From NCBI GenBank assembly GCA_002633005.1, contig NMRA01000338.1, positions 342,775 through 406,774 of the forward strand: 64,000 nt of DNA, given 5' to 3'. Origin of the DNA: Phoronis australis. Lineage: Eukaryota; Animalia; Phoronida. A program made the position numbers and the translations under genes. The notes under the pieces are model-generated. The model ran no database searches. It was not told where the DNA came from and saw only the letters and a list, made by a program, of their open reading frames with translations. How positions within the stretch are numbered: position 1 is the first letter of the stretch; each line of letters begins with the position of its first letter. Shown one piece after another: positions 26,890 through 38,465 of the stretch.

Positions 26890-28080
26890 ATCAGTTTTTA
26901 TACCACACTATTAACCTCGAATGGCAGTGTAATAACCCATATAGTTATCTTACTAGTGGCATGTAATTTTGGCGAGAAACCGAGGATTCGAACCCGGACC
27001 TCAAGAGATTCTGGCCGCCGACTTTACCACTACACCACTCAGCGGCTGACGTCACCTAACGTGAAAAAAGAATACTTAAATGAGCACGCGCGATAATCCA
27101 ATGTTCAAAAAAACGCATTGCACTGACATAAATATACGTTTTGAAAAACAATACGCACAATTTCCATAAAAACGATGTTTTAATTAAGTAAATTTTTCTC
27201 TCATGTTCTCTCACTTGTAAGTCACTGATCTCCAATTTGAATGCGGGTATCGTGTCGTCGGGATCCTTTGATTTGAGAATTATTCTCAGTTACCAGTGGT
27301 AACCTACTTAACCAGACGATAGTTCCCGGTCGAAGCTTAGGGTGATAATATGTGATTTAATCTATAACAGTTGGTAAACCTTAATTTATAAATTCTCTTT
27401 ATTTCTACTTTGTTTAAATTTTCAATTGGTTTTGAGTAAAAGCATTATTTGACAAAAATAGCTCAGCATTTCTTAAAAGGTCACTACCTCCGACCCCGGG
27501 CCTCTGACAGAGAAAGTAGTTACACAGCCGAGGCGAGTCGAGGAAGGTAAATCGATTCATTGCACTGTTTCTCGTTTAGGATGTGGTATAAATAGATTAT
27601 TACATGTTCTCAGCCGTTATCCCCCCCTTATCTAGAGCCCTCGTGGATTTTGAAGAATTATCACCCTCGGGGCTAACGCCCCTCGGGCGATAATTCTCCA
27701 AAATCCACTCGGGCTCTAGATAACGGGGGATAACGACGTCGCCATGTAATAAATATAGATTATTACATGGCGAAGTCGTTATCCCCCGTTATCTAGAGCC
27801 CGAGGGGATTTTGGAGAATTACAAATTATGTGTCTTATTTTTCATAGCGTATAAATGTCGGTGCAATGCCCTTTGCTGAACATGCGATTGTTGAGCGTGC
27901 TCATTTAAGTATTCTATTTTCACGTTCGATGACGTCAGCCGGCGACTCGAAACTTTTGAGGCCCGGGTTCGAATCCGGCCTCGGTTTTCCGCCAAAATGT
28001 TATCTCACTAGTGAGATAACTTTATAGGTTATTACACAATTGTAGCTGCCATTCGACGCTAATATTGTGGTGTAAACTAT
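26890..28080. repeat. Nested inverted-repeat structure: ~240-bp tRNA-like-containing arms around an A-A'-A palindrome
   Basis: 26890-27138 is the reverse complement of ~27849-28080; 27592-27756 is a near-perfect hairpin whose arm recurs at 27755-27820. Confidence 0.8.
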
Positions 28081-28123
28081 GTGTATTTTAAATAACATTA
28101 TTTAGTATGAAAATTGTTGATCT

Positions 28124-28275
28124 GGGCTGAGTTGCATAAAGCTTCAAAAGTTATCCTCTGGATAAGTTTGATTGTTGCATGACGTCAGGTGCATTGTTCA
28201 ACAATAACAACGTGACGCGTGATGATGCGACGTCATTGTTGCTATACGGCGTATAACTTTTATGCAACTGAGCCC
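28124..28275. mobile_element. 150-bp MITE (inverted copy at 50944-51094)
   Basis: gggctgagttgcataaa / tttatgcaactgagccc; internal sequence shared with the copy. Confidence 0.85.
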
Positions 28276-29128
28276 TGAGTTTTTGTTATTTCGGCGTTTT
28301 ATGATAGCGCGTGACATCAAATTTCACATTGACGACATACTAAGCAATACCCAAACCCAAAATGTGGACATTAGGTGTGTCTTGATTTAAAAACGGCAAT
28401 TTTGAATTTAATAAAGAAGAAACTTTTTGTCTTAAATTGTTTCTATCGACTAAAGTTATTCCACAACGCCAAAAATTAGTATAACTACCAACCAGTGAAA
28501 TGCAGAGAATTTGAAGAGCGTTTGAGAAGGTCAAATTTTGCATTTTTTGTGACGTTATTTGAACTAAAATAGCTCAAAAATGAAGTCGGTGACCACCTGA
28601 CATTTCAGTAATACGTATAAATTTCACATTTTTGCCAGAGGTGCTTTTGTTTAGGCGACTATATCGGAAAAAATAATTCGGTAATCCCACTGGATGTTTT
28701 TTTTTGTAACTTTGTAGTGAACAAAGAGAAAAACACAAAATATGAAAATGCTCAAGAACTTCAAAGATAAATTAAAACTGTGCCGAACCCTCTTAATTCA
28801 TTTTTATTCACTTCTGTTGTACTACTAACATTGATGATGCACCGCAAAGGGTTAATTAGTGCAACGGCTTTCTAATTTTCAGAACAATACTTCTCCTACA
28901 GTTTTAAGGCATGCTTTTCAACTCACTTTTTCTAAGGCCACTTTCTGGAATTAAAAAATTGTTGTTTCCTTTACTACCAATACATGACAAGTTGCAAAAA
29001 ACACGTCTAATAACTTAAAGCCCGGTCACTCATAACTGATGACGTACTCACGATTCATTTTTATACTGAGAGTTTCGTGAAATTCAGGACTGCCTAATTT
29101 CGTTCATTTCAGATTTTCGAGACGAGGT

Positions 29129-30823
29129 ATGGAGACTGAAGAGCCTGAAAGAACTGAACTGTGTCAGCAAGGAAGCGCTGTTTATGCAATCGAAGTATCA
29201 AACAACGCAAATGAGGACACGTGCAAAGTGACCGGTACGTCTATGGTGAATGAGCTAGACGTGAGTTTAGAACCGAGTGAGTCAATAGAACTTCTTTCGA
29301 GGAATGACTGGAAGAATGAATGCAGTGACAAAGTTGGAAGCAATTCGAATATTTATCATAGAAAATCGAGTGATCAAACCGAGTTGCCAATTGACGAATT
29401 ACAAGTAGATGGTGGCACAATGGCTTCGCATATGCAGGGCGACGTCGCAGAGATTTCTGACCAGCACGCTGCAACGACTAATTTTACAAAGGCGCGCGAC
29501 AGTGAAACTGAAGCAACTGATATCACGACTACATGCGATGGCGGGTCTGAGATAGCGGGCGTCACAGGAATATCCGACATTTCAGTAGCCACCGCTCATG
29601 GCACAGCGGCTACCACGACTGGTGCCATAGAGTCATCCGATAACCAATCTGTCAGGAGTGATGTCACAGACACATCTGAAAGTTTAATTGCCAACACCAA
29701 TGTCACAGAGGCATCCGACAGTATAATTCTCAAGTCTGACGTCATGGAGGCTAGCGATAGTCCAACGGTTACGACTGGTGTCACAGAGATATCACGAAGT
29801 CAAGTTATCGGGGTTGATGTCACAGAGACGAGAACTTGTCTTACCGGCACTACTGGTGTCGAAGAGGGATCCGAAAGTCAAGATGGCAGCAGTGGCGTCA
29901 CGTTGACACGTGAAAGTCTAACTACCATCACTGATGTCATAGAGCCATATGATATTCAAGCTGACAGAAATGATTTCACAGAGACGAATGGCTGTCAAGC
30001 GAAGTACACGAATGCTGCCATGGAGACATGCGACAGTGGAGTTGACATGATCGGTGTAAACGAAAGATCTGATTGTGCAGCAGCCACCAGTGACGTCACA
30101 GCGACTTGTGATGATCACACTGGGAGATCTACGACCAGCGTCGTACAAACGTCTGGTAATCAAAGTGCCGCAAATGCTGAATCTGAGCAAAGTGTTTTGA
30201 CGCATGTTGTCGACACAGCCGTTGGTACAGCTCTTGGAAGCACAACGATGGTTCATTCGGAGACACCGTCATCAACACAAGTGCTGCAAGGGAAAGATTC
30301 AGCATGTCTTGAGCAGTCTGTTGCATCTGCTGCGTCCTCACAAAGTTTGATTTGCCACGATGCTGAGAAAAGAACGTCCCATTTTGGAACACCTGCAACT
30401 AAATGTTTCGATTGTGAAGACCATTCAACTCGAAATGCCCTTATAGGCATACACGACTCCCCTGGCTTTGATTATAGACACCAGGTTGTTCAACCGCTCT
30501 ATGAATATCCTCAACGGGACAACCAAAATTGTCGCTCATTTGAAGATGAGGAGTTTGATGTAACGCAAAGTGACGGGAGAAATTGCTTTGGATATTCTGA
30601 TCAATATCCGGCATACAGACCGCCAGAATACCATACCAATAAAAAAACAAATATGGAGACAATGTCGGACTTGATTAGACGACAGCAGGGGCTTCTAAAC
30701 AAGCTCTTCGACATGAGGATCAACCTTAGGCGGGAGGAACGTCAGCTGAAGACGTTAAAAAACGAGTTGATCTTCAACCATTACACAAGATGGGGGGACC
30801 TGGAGAGTGAGTTTGAAGTCTAA
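29129..30823 (+). CDS. 564-aa acidic Ser/Thr-rich protein with 13-aa repeats and a C-terminal coiled coil (uncharacterised)
   Basis: 1.7-kb uninterrupted ORF; acceptor ttcatttcag ends 29112, 16 nt before the ATG; C-terminus homologous to the 33100 ORF. Confidence 0.85.
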   Translation: METEEPERTELCQQGSAVYAIEVSNNANEDTCKVTGTSMVNELDVSLEPSESIELLSRNDWKNECSDKVGSNSNIYHRKSSDQTELPIDELQVDGGTMASHMQGDVAEISDQHAATTNFTKARDSETEATDITTTCDGGSEIAGVTGISDISVATAHGTAATTTGAIESSDNQSVRSDVTDTSESLIANTNVTEASDSIILKSDVMEASDSPTVTTGVTEISRSQVIGVDVTETRTCLTGTTGVEEGSESQDGSSGVTLTRESLTTITDVIEPYDIQADRNDFTETNGCQAKYTNAAMETCDSGVDMIGVNERSDCAAATSDVTATCDDHTGRSTTSVVQTSGNQSAANAESEQSVLTHVVDTAVGTALGSTTMVHSETPSSTQVLQGKDSACLEQSVASAASSQSLICHDAEKRTSHFGTPATKCFDCEDHSTRNALIGIHDSPGFDYRHQVVQPLYEYPQRDNQNCRSFEDEEFDVTQSDGRNCFGYSDQYPAYRPPEYHTNKKTNMETMSDLIRRQQGLLNKLFDMRINLRREERQLKTLKNELIFNHYTRWGDLESEFEV

Positions 30824-32043
30824 CAAGTAAGTTTCGGATGTCATTCTGGTTACATGTCACTACTGCGAAGGCGCTCTCTGATGTATTGAGTCTGGCAGGG
30901 GCAGGGTTAGTCAACTATAAAAAAGTTAAAGAAGCAGTGGCCAAAGTTTTCTAACACGCTATGTAACGATCGGACATGGATTTGGTGGATGTATCGTAAT
31001 TGACAACTCATCAATATTCCTACTTCATAATAATTTTTAAGTGCAAGTATGTATTCATTTTTCGTACATAAGACATGCTTCGAAGCCCAATTTGACATGC
31101 GCAGGAAACCACAGTACATTCGCACCTGGGTACACCACTGCGTCCAATAACGAAGTACTGCGTATGTACTTTGGATATAGAAATATAAAAACTACTCTTC
31201 GAGTCCGAAATTTTATAGGTTTTCGGAGTTGTGAACCCTCGGAGTAGTGCCAACCTGGGAGTACTGAACCTTCGAAGTAGTGAGCTGTTTCCCTTATTCC
31301 CGCACGTGAGTTTCACTACAAACGTTAGTGGCCGCGCATCATCAAATAGAGTAAATTTTGAGTGATCAAAATTCAAATAGATTTTTTTCTAATACGCCAT
31401 GCGCAATGGATATACATGTATTGTGTGCCATGATTTTGGAGTTTCGTCAATCGGGACAAGTTGTTGTTGTTGTTCTCTCAAAGACTGACGACTCTCATTG
31501 GTTTCCTGTTGAAGCCACTGCACCCCCCACCTCTCTTCCCAACAGGCAATTTTTTATTTGGACCATTTATCGTTATGAAATTCGTCTCGTATTGTTCGTT
31601 AGTCAACATAAATCTGACTTCTGGATTTAGAAAAAAAGACAGTTTGTTACTGCAGAAATTGATATCGATGAGTAGTCTATATCAATGGAACGCGGTTTGT
31701 TGAAACTTTAACGGCGCAAATGCACCCACAACTAAGTTTTTGAATTTAAAAAATGGTGCATATACGCATTGGCTGTGGCGTGAGTAAGTTACGGAAATAG
31801 AATCATATTCCGGATAGGAATATCATAAAACCGATTTGATCAGATTAAAAATACATAATTCGACCTTTGTTTTAGCCACCTAAACAGGCTAGAGGGTGAA
31901 ATGCGATTTTAAGTGAAACCTTTAATAGGGTGTCATATCGGAAAAGACACTTTTTCGTAGGAAATTCTGGCTATAAAAAGCCGTCCAATGTGCGTAAACA
32001 GGCGGCATGAAAAGTTGTGCCGTGCAACTACAAACCACGACAG

Positions 32044-32155
32044 CTTGGGCAGCGCACCATAGGGAGCTGGGGGGTGGGGGGCTACAGCCCTCCCTCCCTC
32101 CCTCCACTCGCTCCCTCCCTCCACTCCCCCCTATGTCAGTGGTGCGCCGCCCATG
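32044..32155. mobile_element. Short GC-rich MITE family B with 6-bp TSD
   Basis: cttgggcagcgcacca / tggtgcgccgcccatg; cgacag on both sides; related to 37930-38077. Confidence 0.75.
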
Positions 32156-32564
32156 CGACAGCCTGGTTTACGATTATCTCTTCCTAAATTCAACTGATGT
32201 CATTGCTCTCAAATATTCACCTAAAATCTGCCACCTGGGACTCCACTCGCACCACGTGCACGCCCAATTTGAAAAGACAAAAAGCTTGTCGATATTGACA
32301 AGCCAAAAACTGAAAATGTATTTACAAACTCATTGACCAACTACATGTTGATTCTTATCTCTTACTTATGGACTTACAAAACGTGTGGATTTTAAGGGAT
32401 CCATGGTGCGGTCATTAACCAGCCTCTAAACCCATCAGCAAAAATGATATTGATACCCAATTTTTGTATTTGGTGTTGTATCAATTACCTTTACATGCAT
32501 AAAGCAAAACCTCCTTGATATTAAGGCATTGTGGCGTGGGTTTTACTTGGCAAGCTCCTGCAGC

Positions 32565-32719
32565 TCCAGCAATTTAGAGGGGCGGGGCAAGGGGCTATGC
32601 CCCCCCCAAAACTCTCCCAGATTCAATTTGGCAGTACGGGGGTGCGAATGTCTGACGGGCAAAATTCTGGCTAATACTCTGCCCTGCCCCCCCCACTAAA
32701 AATCCTGGATCCGCCCGTG
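32565..32719. mobile_element. GC-rich MITE family C (copies at 38307-38465 and 51798-51934)
   Basis: Shared core ctcccagattc.atttggcagt.cggg.gtgcgaatg.ctgacgggcaaaat; gcggat / atccgc-type termini. Confidence 0.8.
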
Positions 32720-33031
32720 CAACCGGATGTGCTCTCTCCTAAAATACTAGACAACAGCTGGGAATATACCGGCAACATGATTAATGTGTAAATTGCGCAG
32801 AAAAGGCGACAATTTCTGTAACAAATAAAAAGCACACCCTTGCGTTGGGTACATAAAACGCGAAAAGAAATATAAATCTTTGGACAGCTGATAATTCACG
32901 TCATCGTATCCAATGCGCAAATAAACCCCAGTTGTTTACGGTTATGCAACACGTAGTCTGTTGCGCCAGTTTCAGCACTTAAGATGAACCAAAGCAATGA
33001 ACCCTGGCGCGCATCAACCGGCTGACCGCAG

Positions 33032-33037
33032 TATAAA
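33032..33037 (+). promoter_or_regulatory. Candidate TATA box of the 33100 gene
   Basis: TATAAA 68 nt upstream of the ATG. Confidence 0.45.
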
Positions 33038-33099
33038 TGCGACCTGCAAACGTACCGGTTCGCCAACAGCTGTAAGTGCTCAGTACCTTTTGTGAAACC

Positions 33100-33750
33100 A
33101 TGCCTCAACCAGACGATGCGATAGTCGAAACGGGACTGGAACCCGAGCCACAGCCAAACGGCTGCAAGGTAGCGAAACCAGAAACAAAGAGTACGGATAT
33201 TGAGAAAATGAACTCACCAACTGCTCTAGACTCTAATCAGAATGAAGTCGATAAAACAGGGAATATCACTGAACCAGTGGAAAGTGTTGAAAACGAGCAG
33301 CAAATACCCGAGATCGAGTCCTCAAGCGTCATCGATACCTCTGAGAACGAAATGCCAACTGAAGTTAACTCGGAAACTTCGCAAGGACAACCTGCAGATA
33401 CAACTCAAGTTACTGACATCGAAATATTAGAGCTACATTCGGCCCTTGAGATGGACAAGAGTCATTTGGAATGCTTGAATACAGAGTCAATTCAAATGTC
33501 TAATAACTTTGAACCACAAGTTAACGACCCTTCAGTGAGTTACGGCTACGGATCGTATGAGTATTACGAGATGCGACAGGCGAAACGGAAATCCGCCTCG
33601 GATCTTGTGAGAGAACAACAGATGTTGATGCAACGTTTGTATGACATGAAACTGAAAATGAGACGAGAGGAGAGGGAACTGAATATGCTCAAACAGCAGT
33701 GTGAACTTGCGCAGTACGGAGTGGCTGATTTCGACACGGATTTTTACTAA
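33100..33750 (+). CDS. 216-aa acidic protein with a C-terminal coiled coil; paralog of 29129-30823 (uncharacterised)
   Basis: Kozak accATG at 33100 (the ORF-track GTG start is not used); TATA upstream; AATAAA at 34027; shared motif SDLxRxQQxLxxxLxDMxxxxRREERxLxxLK. Confidence 0.85.
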   Translation: MPQPDDAIVETGLEPEPQPNGCKVAKPETKSTDIEKMNSPTALDSNQNEVDKTGNITEPVESVENEQQIPEIESSSVIDTSENEMPTEVNSETSQGQPADTTQVTDIEILELHSALEMDKSHLECLNTESIQMSNNFEPQVNDPSVSYGYGSYEYYEMRQAKRKSASDLVREQQMLMQRLYDMKLKMRREERELNMLKQQCELAQYGVADFDTDFY

Positions 33751-34026
33751 ACCCAATAGACTCATCGTGTACAATTAACGACTGCTTTATTGTGTTTGAC
33801 CTTGACAGTGTTTAAGCGTTACTTGGTTATAAGAGAAACAAAAAGTGCCAACCGAAAGAATACAACAGCGGATGTGCGATAACCTCTGCGATTTACCGAT
33901 AGCACCTGTGTTTGTTTTTCTCATGTATTCGAGTTAAGTCATATCATATCGGAAATCTGTTCGCATAAATCATATGTATAACCGGAAGTACATTGCAGAT
34001 TGCCGTTATTTGTAACCTTATCCTAT

Positions 34027-34032
34027 AATAAA
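34027..34032 (+). other. Candidate polyadenylation signal of the 33100 gene
   Basis: AATAAA ~280 nt after the stop. Confidence 0.4.
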
Positions 34033-35099
34033 AACATAACAGTACTTAACTACGTCCATTATTTTACCCTGCTCATTTGAACGATGGGCGGGCGTATGAA
34101 ACAAACTTGTTCAGTGTTGGTAGTGCATTGTCATAGCGATGAACGTCAATAATTTACTTCGCCAGCATAAACGTGATTTCTCGTTGCCATGATGGTAGCG
34201 GAACGTTGAACGGGTTTAACACCATCCGATTCTGGGGCGAAGCTGCGTGATTGTTTTGCACTTTATTGTTATTACGGAGGCATTCTATGTTTGCTCTGTT
34301 ACTCGAAAACATTTGTAACAAAAGCTCAAATATTTTTCCTGGAGAAAGCGGTAAACTAACCGATGTTGTGTTAAGCCGGAACTTGACAGATTCGCTGGGC
34401 ATATTTTTGGATGAATATCCAACTATCGTGTTACATGTCAGAGGTCACTGATCTGGGTGAGCAAAAACATGTGGCTATCTTTGTTAATCCTGTTTTTATC
34501 ATTCATACAGGCCGGACACAAGCCCAAGACCATCATCGTCTCCCATGGCTTGCACGTGCGTTCTCGTTTACGTTTTTTTTCATTAATACACATTTCGTTT
34601 CGTACGGACTTTACTTCCTTTCTCTTCAACCAAAATTCGGCAAATGTACCACATTTCGTATTTAACGCACAGTGTTCTTTACTTCTGATCATTTATTGTT
34701 TTGCTTCGACTTGCAGTTACTTGGTACCGTAGTCTTAATCAAGAACGTGAAGTATGATTAATAAATTCGTTTTGTAACTTAATTTTTGACGCCAATAGTA
34801 CAAATAGGAAAAGTTTTCCCAAAAGGCCAAGACCAGTTATGTTCATTTGTATGCATACGGCATAAATACTGTTACGGAGGTAGGCGACCAAGGAATTGAA
34901 TTAAGAAGAAATGTAGTGTTTGTTGAGAGGAGAACTGCACCCCGCAAGAAAAGAATCTTAAAAGAACAATGTTGTAATGAGAGCACACGTGGAGCAGTGT
35001 TCAGGGAGGTTCAGCTACATGTACTTTGTCATACTCGCTGACCCAGCAACCGACTATGGTTCTCAATAGTGTACGTTTATAAGCATATCGCCTTGTTTT

Positions 35100-35385
35100 G
35101 GTGACTAAAAAAGAAAGTCGAGTTAGGTCTTTTACTCTCACCAAATTGGTCTCCTCACAGTGATGGTATTGTATTTCCGTTACCAACTCAAGTAACAGGC
35201 AATGCGTAGATGCGCCATTTTCGAATTCGTAACGTTAGGATTAGCCAACCTAAATAAACTAGAAAGCGTTTCTTGAGTAGTTGATGGTTTCGTTGTTTTC
35301 TTGGTAACGGAAATAGAATCCTATCACTTCAATATTATGAGATCGACTTGATGAGAGTAAAAGGCATAATTCTATTTTCGCTGGT
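35100..35385. mobile_element. Old foldback-type element (partial inverted copy at ~45405-45615)
   Basis: Arms around ttccgttacca / tggtaacggaa; internal aggcaatgcgta...gccatttt matches 45486-45520 in reverse. Confidence 0.6.
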
Positions 35386-37929
35386 AAGCAATTCGGTTTT
35401 GGATGTATTATGTAGGTGTTAATTGCGCGCTGACATGTTTGTTGTGTTTCGCGCCGCTACCACCATGCGCACACGGCACGTTCCTGTGAGTGCAGACTTA
35501 GTGTACTGGTCACGTTCGGTTTCGGTAAGAAGAGGCTACGGATTGGATTTGGAGATGCTTTTTCTTATCTTTTCAGTGACAACTAAAGCAATACGAGAAA
35601 AATAAGCATAAGTTTGTACAAGTGAATACATGTAAATATAAAAGCATATATACGCATTGTTCACGAATATCGTGGTAGCATGCAGAGTCCAACTTGCAAC
35701 ATAATATTTGAAAATTATTTTCGAGGAACAAGCTATCAGATTGCCTTCTCCCAAATCCTGAAAACAAGTATTTTTTTAGCCGTGAGGTTGCCCAGTTCCC
35801 ACCATAGTTGCTATAAACGGACTGGGTAAGATAACGTGGGCTGGTTCGACTAAGGGTATAAAGCTAAGGGAATTAAAACGACTTTTTCCTTTTGGGTGTG
35901 GTCATCTGTTTAAAATTTACATGCCTGGCCTTGTAATCGGTTTAAATATCTTGGAACAGGGAACAAGAAGACTTAAACAGACGTACACAAAGATATGTTA
36001 CAGGTTTAAATATAGGAATTGCAGCGGAATCTGTAATCAGGTGTATTCTTAAGCAGGAACATATGCCTAACATATGGTGCATCTGCAGTTAGCAACTGGT
36101 CATCAATCAGCTTATATCCATCGTATTGTGCAGGATAGCCAATGAGGCGCCCCACAGGGGCTACTAGTCTATACGTACATGTAGGCCTAACTCCGCTATG
36201 AACTCTCTCCTCGCGCAAGTCTCGTGTGTTTTAAACAGCGGGAGTTCAAATTCAGACGGCGAAGTACGAAATTTTCGCCTTTCAAAAGTATAACTTAGAC
36301 TTGAAAGTGACAATTGTAAACGCCCTTTCATTCTTCAATGACACTTCCTGATTTTGCTCATTGAATCACGGGTATCAAACTCGTTCTCAAAATCTGGGAC
36401 CCCTGTAAAAGACTATTGCGATTCCTTTAAATACCCGCGCTAATCCTTTGCATTTTTGTCACATTTTTATGAGATCTTTGCCAAAAGTAAACCTAATCTT
36501 TCTTGGAAAGAAATGTTAAGTGATATTCCAGAGTAAATTCCTCGGAATAAACCATGATTCAACTCTTATTGTCAAAGTTGGCATTAAAATAACATTGTGG
36601 GCGCTCATGGGTTTCACATGACGTATGAGCAATGCTGTGTAAATGCTTTTCGCCGCAGTTTCACAGAAGTTTACATTTAGCGAATATGATTAAAAATAAT
36701 TCGTTTGATAAATAGAATTAATATCACCACTAACACAATAGTAGCAGTATCGCAAACGTGTAACTTTTGCGGTCAAAGCCAGAGAAAAATATCCATTCTT
36801 ACTGGTCCTGTAAATTAGTGCTATCCTTTTTTACCCCCTTATTCCAATCCAATGCAAAATTTAGAAAAAATGTTAGTTCAGTATCCTTGGACATAGGGAC
36901 ATTGTCTTCGGCTACTTCACAAGACCACAAATTCTATAACAGACAATTTTCTATGTTACAAAATTGACTTTTGAATGTGAATTATAAGTCTTCAACAGTC
37001 GATGGACGGTTCTTTTATTCCCAGATCACCGAATCTGAGTGAATGTGTGACTGCACAACAAAATTTGTAACCATTCAGAGAAACGTATATTGCTTGTTCA
37101 TATTGTCCGCGAATGTGAATGAACAAAAGTTAAAAATTCACAGGCAGCAATAAGCAAATCAAAATGACAAGTGACGTCATTAAAAATTTGGCGAATCAGA
37201 AGGACTCATTTGCTGAACGTTTCTTCGGCAAAATGCGACAAAAGACGGAAAATGTAGAGTGATTTGTCAGATATTCGTGGATATGCTCTAGTAATTATCC
37301 AAAGTAAATTTTATACGTAAATTATTAGGGATTCAGTACTGTAGATTAATGCGCAATACTTTGTGAATAGGAAGCGCTATCACCAAATGCAGAGGGGAGT
37401 TTTCGAAAATGTTCGAGCATCCATGTGGATAATGAAATACAGCATATAGAACATCCCATGCTGGGACGCACGCATTTACCTTACTGAACGAACATGCTGC
37501 AGACATAATTTAACGAACACTAGCATAAGCCAGGAAACGTTATTTTGAGCGTCACTGCATGGCGCCATATTGAAAATGGTGATACAGTGTATATGAACAC
37601 TGAGTTCCGCATGCTTTTTTCATCGTTTATTTGATTCCGAGGTTATAGTACATAAAAGGAATGCACTGTATCGGGACTTTTTCCTCTTCGTTTATCGAAA
37701 TGTAAGGGTAGTCCCGAAAAGGGGCCCTATGACCGGAGAATATGTGTGACAACATGTCATAATGCTTTGCATAAATTATAAACGAAAACTTGTGGAAACT
37801 CATCTGTAATTTTGTCTCGATGTTTCCAAGTAAGTACATTACCTGGAACAATGATAATGACCGATATCATAGTTGTGCATGGTTTGTTCACAGAAGGCTG
37901 ATTTTCGATCTTAACTATGGAAGCTTTAA

Positions 37930-38077
37930 CATGGGCGGTGCAGCACTGAAATAAATGGGGGTTATAGCCCCCACACTAGCTCCCTGTGGTGCGCGCCGCC
38001 CATCCCAATGGGCGGCGCAGCACTGAAATAAGTAGGGGCTATAGCCTCTCCAGACCCCTCATGGTGCGCCGACCATG
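37930..38077. mobile_element. Head-to-tail dimer of the ~73-bp family B MITE
   Basis: Two units atgggcgg.gcagcactgaaataa...tggtgcgc..ccat; outer flanks tttaa / tttac. Confidence 0.75.
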
Positions 38078-38306
38078 TTTACGGTGGTTATGTGTAACCT
38101 TTGAAAAAAGTCCTTCGGAACGTCGTACATGTATCTCAGAAAATGTTGGACGGATTCAAATGATACGCTTGGATACTATGCTTTATGCACCGTTCGCCAA
38201 AACGCTGTTCGGAATGTCGAGGAATTTCATTTACGGTCAATCTTACTCAGTTAGCGGCGAAGCCGTCATTTTCAATTGCATTGTGTGGCGGTTGTCAGCA
38301 CGTAAG

Positions 38307-38465
38307 CAGTGGCGGACTTAGAAGGGGGCCTAGGGGGCCATGCCCCCCCCTATAATTCTCCCAGATTCCATTTGGCAGTTCGGGAGTGCGAATGCCTGAC
38401 GGGCAAAATCCTGGATAATACACTGCCCTGGCCCCCTCTAACTCAAAATCCTGGACCCGCACACG
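38307..38465. mobile_element. MITE family C copy
   Basis: Starts cagtggcgga; core matches 32565-32719. Confidence 0.8.

Noticed and set aside
29241-30662. Several minus-strand ORFs here, and at 14455-14844, 33532-33774 and 47326-48113
   Set aside because: Antisense shadows of the + strand coding sequences.
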